Shown here: one piece after another, positions 29,554-39,103 of the stretch
Position numbering within the stretch: position 1 is the first letter of the stretch
Layout: each line of letters starts with the position of its first letter
DNA from: Cognatilysobacter terrigena
Lineage (GTDB): Bacteria > Pseudomonadota > Gammaproteobacteria > Xanthomonadales > Xanthomonadaceae
Length of the DNA stretch: 64,000 nucleotides
Assembly (NCBI RefSeq): GCF_004361065.1
Contig: NZ_SELT01000002.1
Location: forward strand, 177,714-241,713
Direction of reading: 5' to 3'
The notes under the pieces: generated by a model
Databases searched by the model: none
Told to the model about the DNA's origin: nothing
Seen by the model: only the letters and a program-made list of their open reading frames with translations
Position numbers and translations under genes: made by a program

Positions 29554-30287
29554 ACCCTTTCAGTCGCCTCATGGGACGGGTCCGCGAGCAGCTCGTCGAA
29601 CTCGGCGAAAGCCTCGCCGGCAGCCAGGCCGAGCGGTCGCTGGACGATCGCATCCGCCGTGCCGACGATCAGTTGCGCGAATGGCGGGCCTCGCTGGCCG
29701 AGTTCCGCGCGAAGCACATGGCCGCGAAGGAACGCCACGACGCCACGATCGCCATCGTGCTGCAACGCGAAGCGCAGACGGCCGTCGCTCTGCAAGCCGG
29801 GCAGGACGCCCTGGCCACCGAAGTCGCTGCCGAGATCGATCGATTGGAGCAGGCACGCGACGACGAGGCGGAACTGATGGGTCATCTCGACGCCTGCATC
29901 GCACAGATGACGCCCCTCGTGGAGCAGGGCGAACGCCAGCTGCGGCGCTTGCGACACCAGCTCGACGTCCTGCGCGCTGCGCACGCCGTGCAGCGTGCGC
30001 AGGAAGCCGTCGCCGGCCGCGGTGATGGTGATGCGGTTCGCCCGCAGACCGCACTCGATTCGTTGGCTCGCGTTCGTCGACAGCACGAAGCGGCGAGCGC
30101 ACCCGAGTGCGCCGCGGTCGACACGTCGTCGACCGGGGCAGATACCGATCCGCTCGACGCAAAGCTTCAGGACGCGGGTGTCGATCGCCGTGCGCGCATC
30201 GACGCGATCCTCGCCCGCATTCGCGCGTCGGCCGAGCCCGCACCGACCCGGCCGGCCGGACGTGCCACCCGCAAGGCATCGTCATGA
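29550..30287 (+). CDS. PspA/IM30 family protein (YjfJ-like)
   Basis: 245 aa, long coiled-coil. MNPFSRLMGRVREQLVELGESLAGSQ... is a typical PspA/Vipp1 N-terminal amphipathic helix. ATGA overlaps on both sides. Confidence 0.75.
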   Translation: MNPFSRLMGRVREQLVELGESLAGSQAERSLDDRIRRADDQLREWRASLAEFRAKHMAAKERHDATIAIVLQREAQTAVALQAGQDALATEVAAEIDRLEQARDDEAELMGHLDACIAQMTPLVEQGERQLRRLRHQLDVLRAAHAVQRAQEAVAGRGDGDAVRPQTALDSLARVRRQHEAASAPECAAVDTSSTGADTDPLDAKLQDAGVDRRARIDAILARIRASAEPAPTRPAGRATRKASS

Positions 30288-30949
30288 CCGATTTCCTTAC
30301 TACCGCATTGACGTTCCCGACCGTCGTCTACAGCGTGTTGCTGGCGGTCTGTCTGATCTATTGGCTGCTCGCCGCGACCGGCCTGATGGACCACCACGCG
30401 CCCGACGCGCTCCTGCATGGGCATCTGCACGGCGGCGACCTGCACGGGCACGGCGATCACCATGCAGAAGCCAGCGACCTTGCGGCGTTGCTCGGCCGGC
30501 TGGGCCTCGCCGGCGTGCCGGTCATGGTCATCGCGACGGTGCTCAGCTTCTTCGGCTGGATGTGCGCGTACTACGCGCAACTGCTCGTGCTCGATCACCT
30601 GCACACGACGTTGCGCGTCGCGATCGGCATCGCGGTCGATGTCGCTGCCCTCGTGCCGGGTCTCATTGCGACGTCGATCGCCCTCCGCCCGGTCAGCCGC
30701 TGGATCCTGAAGCTGCGTCCGCCCGTGGAGCCCAGCCTGCTCGGGCGCGTCGCGGTCGTCAGTACGCCGGTGGTCGACGACCGCTACGGCCAGGCACGCG
30801 TCGACGACGGCGGCGCCGGATTGATCCTGCAAGTACGTACCAACGAACCCGGCCGGTACAAGCGCGGCGACCGGGTCGTGCTCATCGAGTTCCTCGATGC
30901 GCAACATGCCTACCGCGTCGTCCCGGAACATCAGTTCCACAGTCTGTAA
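30284..30949 (+). CDS. YqiJ/NfeD-like membrane protein (DUF1449; OB-fold partner of flotillin)
   Basis: 221 aa with an N-terminal TM helix, a His-rich loop and further TM helices. C-terminal soluble beta-rich domain (GRVAVVSTPVVDDRYGQARVDDGGAGLILQVRT...GDRVVLIEF) typical of NfeD/YqiJ proteins encoded upstream of flotillins. Confidence 0.65.
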   Translation: MTDFLTTALTFPTVVYSVLLAVCLIYWLLAATGLMDHHAPDALLHGHLHGGDLHGHGDHHAEASDLAALLGRLGLAGVPVMVIATVLSFFGWMCAYYAQLLVLDHLHTTLRVAIGIAVDVAALVPGLIATSIALRPVSRWILKLRPPVEPSLLGRVAVVSTPVVDDRYGQARVDDGGAGLILQVRTNEPGRYKRGDRVVLIEFLDAQHAYRVVPEHQFHSL

Positions 30950-30977
30950 GCGTCACACCTCAAGGAGAGGGTCGCAA

Positions 30978-33023
30978 ATGAGTATGTCCCTGATCATGCC
31001 GTTCATCATCGGCACCGGCGCGCTGCTGGTGGTGTTGCTCGGCCTTTTCGGCCTGTTCAAGGCTTTTTACGTCAAGGTCGAGCAGGGCACCGCCTTGATC
31101 GTCAACGACCTGAGCAGCACGCCCAAGGTGCGGTTCACGGGCGGCCTGATCATTCCGGTGCTGTACAAGGCCGAGTACATGCAGATCTCGCTCATCACCC
31201 TGCAGGTGGATCGCAAGGGCAAGGAAGGCTTGATCTGCAAGGACAACATGCGCGCCGATATCTCCGTTGCGTTCTACCTCCGCGTGAACGAGACGCAGCA
31301 GGACGTGCTGCGCGTGGCCAAGGCCATCGGCGCGCATCGCGCCTCCGACAAGGTCGCCGTGGACGAGCTGTTCAACGCCAAGTTCTCCGAGGCGCTGAAG
31401 ACCGTCGGCAAGCGCTTCGACTTCACCGAACTGTTCGACAAGCGCGAAGAGTTTCGGGACGAGATCGTTAAGGTCATCGGCAGCGACCTCAACGGTTATG
31501 CGCTCGAGGACGTCGCCATCGACTACCTCGAGCAGACGCCGAAGCACCTGCTCGATCCCAACAACATCCTCGACGCCGAGGGCATCAAGAAGATCACGGA
31601 GCTGACGTCGGCGCAGAACGTGCGCACGAATGATCTCGAACAGAATGCGACGCTCGAGATCCAGAAGCGCAACACCAGCGCCCGGGAAGCGGCGCTGGCG
31701 ATGGAGAAGCAAGTCGCTGAGGCGGAAGCGCGCCAGGCGCGTGAGGTTGCCGAGGTGCGGGCCCGTGAAGAGGCGGCTGCGAAGAAGGCGCAGGAAGAAC
31801 AGCGCCTGATCGCGGAGCAGGCGCGCCTGGAAACGGAAGAGAAGCTGCAGATTCGTGACCAGAACAAGCTGCGCGAGATCGAAGTTGCCGAGCAGAACCG
31901 TCAGCGCGCCGTGGCGATCGAAGCCGAGCGCGTCAACCGCGCGCGTTCGCTCGAGCAGGTGACCACCGAGCGTGAAGTGCAGCTGCAGAACGTCGAGCGT
32001 GACAAGGCGGTCGAAGCCGGCCGCATGGACGTCGCCAACATCACCCGCGAGCGCATCTCGATCGACAAGACGGTGGCGCAGGAGGAAGAGCGCATCAAGG
32101 ACGTGCGTGCCGTGTCGGAAGCCGAGCGCCAGCGCCAGGCGCGCGTCATCGCTGCCGAGGCGATTGCGCAGGAGGCGCTCGTCCGCACGGTGAAGGAGGC
32201 CGAGGCTGCCGAAGCCGCCTCGAAGCACCGCGCGAACGAGACGACCATCACCGCCGAGTCCGAACTGCAGTCGTCGATCAAGCTGTCGGAAGCCAAGCGC
32301 GTGCTGGCCGAAGGCGTCAAGGCCGAGCGCGCTGCGCCGGGCCTGGCCGAGGCGCAGGTGCGTGAAGCTAGCGCGGCGGCGATCGAGAAGGTCGGTATCG
32401 CGGAAGTGCGCGTGCTCGAGGCAAAGGCCGAAGCGACCTACAAGCAGGGCAATGCCGAAGGTCGCGTGCTGGCCGAGACGCTCGCGGCGAAGGCGCACGG
32501 CGAGGAGAAGATGGGTCTCGCGAAGGCGAAGGCGGTCGAAGCCGTCGGCACGGCCGAAGCCGAAGTGCTTGGCAAGCGCTTCAACGTCGAAGCGGAAGGC
32601 CTGAACAAGCGCTTCGCGGCACTGGACGAGCTCAGCGACAACGCGCGTGCGCACGAAGAGTTCCGCATGGTGTTGGAGAAGAACCTCGAGCAGGCGCTTG
32701 CCGCGATCGAGGCCGGCAAGGACGTCAGCAAGGAAAACGCCGAAGTCATCGCGACGGCGCTGCGTGGGGCGAACATCGACCTTGTGGGCGGCGACGGCGG
32801 GCTGTTCGAAAACTTCTCGAAGGCGCTGTCGCTGGGCAAGGCGATCGAAGGCTTCGCTGCCAAGAGTCCGATCGCGCAGGATCTGCTGGAGCGCTATCTC
32901 GGCGTTGCCAGACCCGCGCCGCGCGAGCGCGTGATCGATGCCGCCGGTGCCGCACCGATTGCAGCCGCGATCGAACGCGCCGCGCATGCTGCCGACGCGG
33001 AACCAGCCAAGCCCGCGGTCTGA
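30978..33023 (+). CDS. Flotillin family protein (SPFH/band-7; YqiK/FloT-like)
   Basis: Ribosome-binding site AAGGAGAGG 7 nt upstream. N-terminal TM helix. SPFH domain (KVEQGTALIVNDLSSTPKVRFTGGLIIPVLYKAEYMQISLITLQVD...). Very long E/A/R/K-rich flotillin coiled-coil. Confidence 0.9.
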   Translation: MSMSLIMPFIIGTGALLVVLLGLFGLFKAFYVKVEQGTALIVNDLSSTPKVRFTGGLIIPVLYKAEYMQISLITLQVDRKGKEGLICKDNMRADISVAFYLRVNETQQDVLRVAKAIGAHRASDKVAVDELFNAKFSEALKTVGKRFDFTELFDKREEFRDEIVKVIGSDLNGYALEDVAIDYLEQTPKHLLDPNNILDAEGIKKITELTSAQNVRTNDLEQNATLEIQKRNTSAREAALAMEKQVAEAEARQAREVAEVRAREEAAAKKAQEEQRLIAEQARLETEEKLQIRDQNKLREIEVAEQNRQRAVAIEAERVNRARSLEQVTTEREVQLQNVERDKAVEAGRMDVANITRERISIDKTVAQEEERIKDVRAVSEAERQRQARVIAAEAIAQEALVRTVKEAEAAEAASKHRANETTITAESELQSSIKLSEAKRVLAEGVKAERAAPGLAEAQVREASAAAIEKVGIAEVRVLEAKAEATYKQGNAEGRVLAETLAAKAHGEEKMGLAKAKAVEAVGTAEAEVLGKRFNVEAEGLNKRFAALDELSDNARAHEEFRMVLEKNLEQALAAIEAGKDVSKENAEVIATALRGANIDLVGGDGGLFENFSKALSLGKAIEGFAAKSPIAQDLLERYLGVARPAPRERVIDAAGAAPIAAAIERAAHAADAEPAKPAV

Positions 33024-33083
33024 CGAAGGAACCGCCGGGCGCCGTGTGGTGCCCGGCCTGCTCACGGAATGGAAGGCTTCTAG

Positions 33084-36000
33084 ATGTCCGAGTCCACGCC
33101 CACGGTCGCGTCCGGCGACACGTCTTCTGCAGTCGATCGCGCCGTCGCCGAGGGCGGTGCGTACGAGGTGCTGCGTCGGCGCCTGACCGAGCAGGGTGGT
33201 CGCCTGCGCGGAATCGCCGACACGCTCAATGCGCAACGCGTCGCCGAGTTCGGCGATAGCCGGCTCGAGGTGATCGGTCGCCTCCGGGTCCGCACCGAGC
33301 ACAACTGCGTAGGGCGCGACATCGTGCCCGTGGGCGGCTTGCTCTTGTTCGGCTACAACGTTTTCATGGGTCTGAAGACGACCACCGGCATCGCGGACGT
33401 CTTCGCCCTGTACCGCCTGGTCGAAACGGCGGACGGCTTCGACGTCGAAACCGTCGATCCGGCGAGCAGCTTCCTCGGTGACGCACAGTTCGAGCGCGAC
33501 TTCGCGGAGCTGTACGCGTATTACAAGAACGCACGTTTGCTGCAGCTCGACGTCACGGGCGGCAAGCTCCTCGCCGCGTTCCAGATCGGCGAGCGCAGCA
33601 CGGATGTGCGCGTCTTCCGTTGGGCGGTTTCGCCGCAGGGCGAAATCACTTACATCGACGCACGGGGCGAGCGCGACCTCATATTGCCGCCTCCGTTCGA
33701 TTTCGAGTGGACGCGCGCGACGCGCGACCTGATGGTCAGCGGTCGGTTTCCGCATCTCAATATTCTCGACACGTTGTTTGTCGAGACGACCGGTGGCGAC
33801 CTCACGATCAAGGTCGAGAACAATACCGAGACCGGTCAGGGCATCTACGCCGAGCCGGTCGACGACATCACGCAGTCGCTCGACGATGCGACGTTCGAGT
33901 TCGCCAAGCTCGGTTCGCTGATCCTGCTCAAAGTACTGCCGTACCGCGAGCACGCGTGGCGCGGCTTCATCTACAACACGCTCACCGGCAAGATCACGCG
34001 CAACGACGCGATCGTGCAGGCCTGTGTGCAGTTGCCCGAGGATCATGGGCTGCTGTTCCCTGGCGGGTACTACCTGCAGAACGGCGAACACAAGGCGTTC
34101 GACGCCCAGATGGACGGCATGCAGTTCCAGCGCGCCATCCGTTCGCCGAACGGCGAAGACGTGCTCTACATGTTCTACGAGCACGAGGCCGGAAAATCGG
34201 CACTGTTCGTCTACAACATGATCCAGCGCAAGCTGCAGAACCCGTTGTTTGGCCACGGTCATGCGGAGTTGCCGGACGGCCGCATGGTGCTGTTCGGCGC
34301 CGAGGGCGATGCGCCCACCCGCGTCCACGCGATGCAGGTCTGGCAGACCCCGTTCGTGTCCGACGAAGTGGCCGCGGCACGTCCGCCGGGGAACAGTTTC
34401 ATGGGCCGCCTGGGTAACGCAGAGCTGGTGCGCGGCATTTCCAACCTGCTGGAGCTCACGCGTGAGATCGAGCGCCCCGACGTGTCGGCGGCCCGCTATC
34501 AGCTCCTGGCCCAACATACGCGGCGGCTGTTCGATGCCCATCACTGGATCGACGACGCCCACTGTTGCGGCGCAGCGACCCTGCTGCGCGAGATTGCTGC
34601 GAGCAGCGAGTCCGTGCTCGACGAGTTCGAGAAGGTCGAGGGCATCCGCCGACAGTCGGAACAGGCGATCGTCCGCGCAGCCTCCGACCACAAGGCGCTG
34701 CTGGCTCGGCTGACACCTGACAGCTGGACGCAGGTTCAGGACTACGTCGACGCCATCAACGACATCACACGGCAGCGTGGTCATTTGCTGACCATTCGGG
34801 ACTACCGCTACATCGACGTTGCCGCGGTCGACGGGATGAACTCGGAACTCGAAGTGGCCCATGCGCGCATTGGCGCTGCGACGGGTACGTTCCTTGCCGG
34901 TGCGGCTGCGCTGGCACCGTTCGCCAAGCGGGTCGACGATCTCGACGCCGCGGCCCAGCAGGCGCAGACCGCGAAGCAGCTCGCCGAGCATCTCGCATCG
35001 CTGAAGACGCTGTCGGCGGATCTCGACATGCTTTCGGCGCTCATGGCCGGGTTGCAGGTGGAGGACGCGACCGAGCGCACACGCGTCGTTGACGCGATCG
35101 CGGGGATTTACGCGCGTCTCAACCAGGCGCGCGCACGCGCTGACCAGCGTCGCAAGTCGCTGGGCTCGGCTGAGGCTGTCGCGCAATTCGCTGCGCAGTT
35201 CGCACTTTTCGGGCAGTCCATTACGAGCGCGCTGGGTCTGGCGACAGATCCCGAGAAGGCCGACGAACAGCTGTCGCGACTCATGGTGCAACTCGAGGAA
35301 CTGGAGAGCCAGTTCGGCGAGCACGAGCAGTTCCTGGGCGACATCCTCACCAAGCGCGAAGAGCTGCTCGAGACATTCCAAGGCCACAAGCAGGCACTAC
35401 TCGACGAGCGCCAGCGCAAGGCACAGGCCGTTCTGGATGCCGCGAACCGAATCCTCGAAGGATTGAGCAAGCGTTGCGAGAAATTCACCACCGCGGACGA
35501 GCTCAATGCCTTCTTCGCGGGCGATCCGCTGATCCTCAAGCTGCGCGAACTGGCGGACCGGCTTCGCGCGCTGAAGGACAGCGTCAAAGCCGACGACGTC
35601 GCGGCACGACTCAAGGCGACGCGCGACCAGGCCGTCCGTGCGCTTCGCGATCGCAGTGACCTCTTCGAGGGCGGCGGGGACATCATCCGGCTCGGCCGTC
35701 ATCGCTTCAGCGTCAACACGCAGCCGCTCGATCTCACGATCCTGCCGCGCGGCGACCACCTCGCGCTGCACCTCACGGGCACCGACTTCATGGAGCCGAT
35801 CGACAGCGCTGAGCTCACTACGTTGCGCGAGTACTGGCAGACGGCGTTGGAATCGGAATCCGCCGAGCTCTATCGCGGCGAGTACCTTGCGGGCGAGCTG
35901 CTGACCGCGGCGGAGCAGGGCGCGGATGGGCTGTCACAGGAGAGCCTGCAGCGGCTCGCCGCCGACCCCGACGCGCTCGCCAAGGCAGTACGTGACTTCG

Positions 36001-38411
36001 CAGCCCCGCGCTATCGGGACGGCTACGAACGCGGCATTCATGATCACGACGCCGCGCGCATCCTGCGCGCGTTCCTCGCCCAACGCGGCGTCGCGGGTGA
36101 ACTCGTGCACGCGCCGGCGGCGCGGGCGCTTGCCGCCCTCTTCCAGGCCACCCATACCGACGACGCGGATGTCCGAGAGTGGCTTGGGCGTGCGAACGGC
36201 GCGAAGGCGATGCAGGTGTTGTTCAATGCGCGAAGCGGTCTGGATGCATTGCTTCGCGACATCAATGGGCGCATCGTCGCTTTCGTCGATGCCGCAGGGC
36301 TTCCGTTCGAGCCGGCCGACGCATCAGATGCAGCACGCTACCTCGTCGACGAACTGACCGCAGGCCAAAACGCGTTCGTCCTGTCGCGCTACGGCCGCGA
36401 ACTCGGCGAGGCGCTGCTCGCGCGTCTTGAGAGCGCAGGCCTCAAGGAGGGATTCGAGCGCACGATCGAGCAGTTCCGCGATCGCCCCGGCGCGCGCTGG
36501 CACCACGCGGTGCACTGGCTCGACGCGCTTTGCGGTGACGCGACGTTCGTCCCGATGCAGCGTTACGTCCCTGAAGCCGCCGCGTGGCTTCTTACGCGCG
36601 ATGTGCTGCCGCGTCGCGACAACGCGACGCCTCTCCTGACCGCCGTCGACGGCCTGCTGGGCGAGCACCCGCGTATCGCGAGCGGAACGCTGCACCTTGC
36701 GATCGACGACCTGCTCGCGCGTCTTCGCGCCCATCGCGAGCGTTTCCTGCCGGGCTATCGTCGGTACCAGGCACTTCGCCAGACCGTCGCGACGCGTGAA
36801 CGAGACGCACTGCGCCTGTCGGAGTTCAAGGCAAGGCCGCTTACGTCGTTCGTCCGCAACAAGCTGATCAACAAGGTCTACCTGCCGCTGATCGGCGACA
36901 ACCTCGCCAAACAGATGGGCACGGTCGGCGAAGGCAAGCGCAGCGATCTCATGGGCCTGCTCATGATGATCTCGCCGCCCGGCTACGGTAAGACGACGCT
37001 GATGGAGTACGTAGCGAATCGTCTCGGCCTGATCTTCATGAAGGTCAACGGGCCCGCGCTCGGCCATGAGGTTCGTTCCGTCGACCCCGCCCAGGCCCCC
37101 GACGCTACGGCGCGCCAAGAGCTGGAAAAGCTCAATCTCGCGCTCGAGATGGGCAACAACGTGATGCTGTACGTCGACGACATCCAGCACACCAGCCCCG
37201 AATTCCTGCAGAAGTTCATTTCACTCTGCGACGGCACGCGCCGCATTGAGGGCGTCTGGAAAGGGCGCAGCAAGACCTACGACATGCGGGGCAAGAAGTT
37301 CTGCGTCGTCATGGCTGGCAATCCGTATACGGAATCCGGTGAGGTCTTCAAGATTCCGGACATGCTCGCCAACCGTGCCGACATCTACAACCTCGGTGAC
37401 GTGCTCGGCGGCATGGAAGACGCCTTCCTGCTCAGCTATATCGAAAACAGCCTGACGTCGAACCCGGTGCTTGCGCCGCTCGCAACGCGCGACATGTCCG
37501 ATCTGTATCTCCTGATCGACAAGGCGATGGGCAAGGACGTTTCGACCAACGGCCTCAGCCATGCCTACAGCGGCGCCGAGATCAGCGAACTCGTCGCGAC
37601 GTTGCAGCGGCTCATCGCAGTGCGCACCGTGGTCTATCGCGTCAACCAGGAATACATCGCGAGCGCTGCGCAGGCCGACAGATACCGGACGGAGCCGCCG
37701 TTCAAGCTGCAGGGCAGTTACCGCAACATGGGTAAGCTGGCCGAGAAGATCTCGCCGGTGATGAACGATGCGGAAGTTCAGCAGCTGATTTCCGATCACT
37801 ACCTGGGCGAGGCGCAGCTGCTCACCCAGGGCGCGGAGGAAAACCTGCTAAAGCTCAAGGAATTGCGTGGTCTGCTGTCGGGGGACGATGCCATCCGCTG
37901 GGCGCAGATCAAGCGCGACTTCCTTCGTAACAAGGCGATGGGAAGCGACGACGCGGACGTCGGCGGTCGCGTTGTCGCCCAGCTCGCGGACATCGCGAGC
38001 GGGCTGCAGGCAATCGAAGGCGCGACAGCACGGCCTGCGGAAACACCCGCGCCGTGGGGCGAACTGCTGCAGTTGTTGCGCGACGCCGTCGAGCGACCGG
38101 CTGGATCCGCGACGGCGACCGAGGCGGCGCGGCCACCCGTAGACGATGTCGTGCGTGAAGCGCTCAAGCGCCTTCCCGACAGCCTGCATGCCGCGATCGT
38201 GCCGCTGCTCGATGCCCTGCGGAGTTCGCAGGATCAGCAGACCCGCGTGAATACGGCGATCATGCAGCTCGCCGAATCGCTGCGGGATGCGTCGCCCACG
38301 CGCCAAGTCCTGGTCGCGCCTGCGAAGACGCGCGGGCCCCATCACCCCACGGCGGAGGAAGCGCCGCTGGATCGCGCCCTCGAGCAGTTCGGCGCATCAC
38401 CCTCGCCGTGA
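33084..38411 (+). CDS. Giant (1775 aa) uncharacterised protein with C-terminal MoxR-like AAA+ P-loop ATPase module
   Basis: Single uninterrupted ORF. Walker A ISPPGYGKTT (~aa 1290). Walker B NVMLYVDDIQH. Sensor-1-like VVMAGNPY. Arg-rich ANRADIYNLGD. No TM segments. Ribosome-binding site GGAAGG. Stop overlaps the next start (GTGA). Confidence 0.8.
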   Translation: MSESTPTVASGDTSSAVDRAVAEGGAYEVLRRRLTEQGGRLRGIADTLNAQRVAEFGDSRLEVIGRLRVRTEHNCVGRDIVPVGGLLLFGYNVFMGLKTTTGIADVFALYRLVETADGFDVETVDPASSFLGDAQFERDFAELYAYYKNARLLQLDVTGGKLLAAFQIGERSTDVRVFRWAVSPQGEITYIDARGERDLILPPPFDFEWTRATRDLMVSGRFPHLNILDTLFVETTGGDLTIKVENNTETGQGIYAEPVDDITQSLDDATFEFAKLGSLILLKVLPYREHAWRGFIYNTLTGKITRNDAIVQACVQLPEDHGLLFPGGYYLQNGEHKAFDAQMDGMQFQRAIRSPNGEDVLYMFYEHEAGKSALFVYNMIQRKLQNPLFGHGHAELPDGRMVLFGAEGDAPTRVHAMQVWQTPFVSDEVAAARPPGNSFMGRLGNAELVRGISNLLELTREIERPDVSAARYQLLAQHTRRLFDAHHWIDDAHCCGAATLLREIAASSESVLDEFEKVEGIRRQSEQAIVRAASDHKALLARLTPDSWTQVQDYVDAINDITRQRGHLLTIRDYRYIDVAAVDGMNSELEVAHARIGAATGTFLAGAAALAPFAKRVDDLDAAAQQAQTAKQLAEHLASLKTLSADLDMLSALMAGLQVEDATERTRVVDAIAGIYARLNQARARADQRRKSLGSAEAVAQFAAQFALFGQSITSALGLATDPEKADEQLSRLMVQLEELESQFGEHEQFLGDILTKREELLETFQGHKQALLDERQRKAQAVLDAANRILEGLSKRCEKFTTADELNAFFAGDPLILKLRELADRLRALKDSVKADDVAARLKATRDQAVRALRDRSDLFEGGGDIIRLGRHRFSVNTQPLDLTILPRGDHLALHLTGTDFMEPIDSAELTTLREYWQTALESESAELYRGEYLAGELLTAAEQGADGLSQESLQRLAADPDALAKAVRDFAAPRYRDGYERGIHDHDAARILRAFLAQRGVAGELVHAPAARALAALFQATHTDDADVREWLGRANGAKAMQVLFNARSGLDALLRDINGRIVAFVDAAGLPFEPADASDAARYLVDELTAGQNAFVLSRYGRELGEALLARLESAGLKEGFERTIEQFRDRPGARWHHAVHWLDALCGDATFVPMQRYVPEAAAWLLTRDVLPRRDNATPLLTAVDGLLGEHPRIASGTLHLAIDDLLARLRAHRERFLPGYRRYQALRQTVATRERDALRLSEFKARPLTSFVRNKLINKVYLPLIGDNLAKQMGTVGEGKRSDLMGLLMMISPPGYGKTTLMEYVANRLGLIFMKVNGPALGHEVRSVDPAQAPDATARQELEKLNLALEMGNNVMLYVDDIQHTSPEFLQKFISLCDGTRRIEGVWKGRSKTYDMRGKKFCVVMAGNPYTESGEVFKIPDMLANRADIYNLGDVLGGMEDAFLLSYIENSLTSNPVLAPLATRDMSDLYLLIDKAMGKDVSTNGLSHAYSGAEISELVATLQRLIAVRTVVYRVNQEYIASAAQADRYRTEPPFKLQGSYRNMGKLAEKISPVMNDAEVQQLISDHYLGEAQLLTQGAEENLLKLKELRGLLSGDDAIRWAQIKRDFLRNKAMGSDDADVGGRVVAQLADIASGLQAIEGATARPAETPAPWGELLQLLRDAVERPAGSATATEAARPPVDDVVREALKRLPDSLHAAIVPLLDALRSSQDQQTRVNTAIMQLAESLRDASPTRQVLVAPAKTRGPHHPTAEEAPLDRALEQFGASPSP

Positions 38412-39103
38412 CCGAACGCTGTCCTGCTGCAGGCGGGCCAAGGATCAGCGACGCGCCGTCCGCGCGCGCGCGGTTGCTGGAGGACGTCGCCGACCTGCTG
38501 GCGCGGCAGCCCGCCACGGATCTTCTCGGTGACCTCCGGCAGTGGCTCGAGGGGTTAGTCCCGCAGCGACGGGGCCTGTCGGCTCTTGCCGATCGCCTAC
38601 TCGCACGAGACCTCGTGCGGGCAGCGCATCCCGACGCGCTGGACGCGCGGCTGCGTGTCATCGACGATCGCTGCGCCGCGCATGCGGCTGCAACGGAGCG
38701 CTTTCTCGCCCACGCGGACAGCGCCATCCGCGATGCGGACCAGCAGCTCGAAATGATCGGGCGGGAGCGCGAGAAGGCGTCAGCGGCGATGGCCGACGAC
38801 GTCGCTGCGGGCCCGGGGGCGCTGCAGCGCCTGGATGCTTTGCACGCATCATGGCTCGCGACGCGCGCGCAGGTCGCACTGGCCCGGTCGACGGCGGAAG
38901 CAGTGCTCGACCAGTACCAGCACATGCGTGACCTGCTCATGCCGCTGTGGCGGCAGCACGGCGCGGCCAGAGCGGCGGCCGAACATGCGCGTGCCGCCCG
39001 GGGCTTGGCAGAGCTGCAAGCCGCGTTCGCCGCTGGCCCCACCAACCTATCGTTGATCGACCCGCACGCACTGGAGAGTCTCGATGACCGCACCCACTCA
39101 TGA
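38408..39103 (+). CDS. Short TelA-like helical protein (TelA-family paralog)
   Basis: GTG start overlapping the giant ORF's stop. C-terminal ...DQYQHMRDLLMPLWRQH parallels the TelA signature ...KFGSVRDITIPAWKRS. 20-nt overlap with the downstream TelA. Confidence 0.45.
   Translation: MTERCPAAGGPRISDAPSARARLLEDVADLLARQPATDLLGDLRQWLEGLVPQRRGLSALADRLLARDLVRAAHPDALDARLRVIDDRCAAHAAATERFLAHADSAIRDADQQLEMIGREREKASAAMADDVAAGPGALQRLDALHASWLATRAQVALARSTAEAVLDQYQHMRDLLMPLWRQHGAARAAAEHARAARGLAELQAAFAAGPTNLSLIDPHALESLDDRTHS

Noticed and set aside
30960-35387. 1475-aa minus-strand ORF
   Set aside because: Antisense to the flotillin and giant ATPase genes, which have clear motifs and ribosome-binding sites; shadow ORF.
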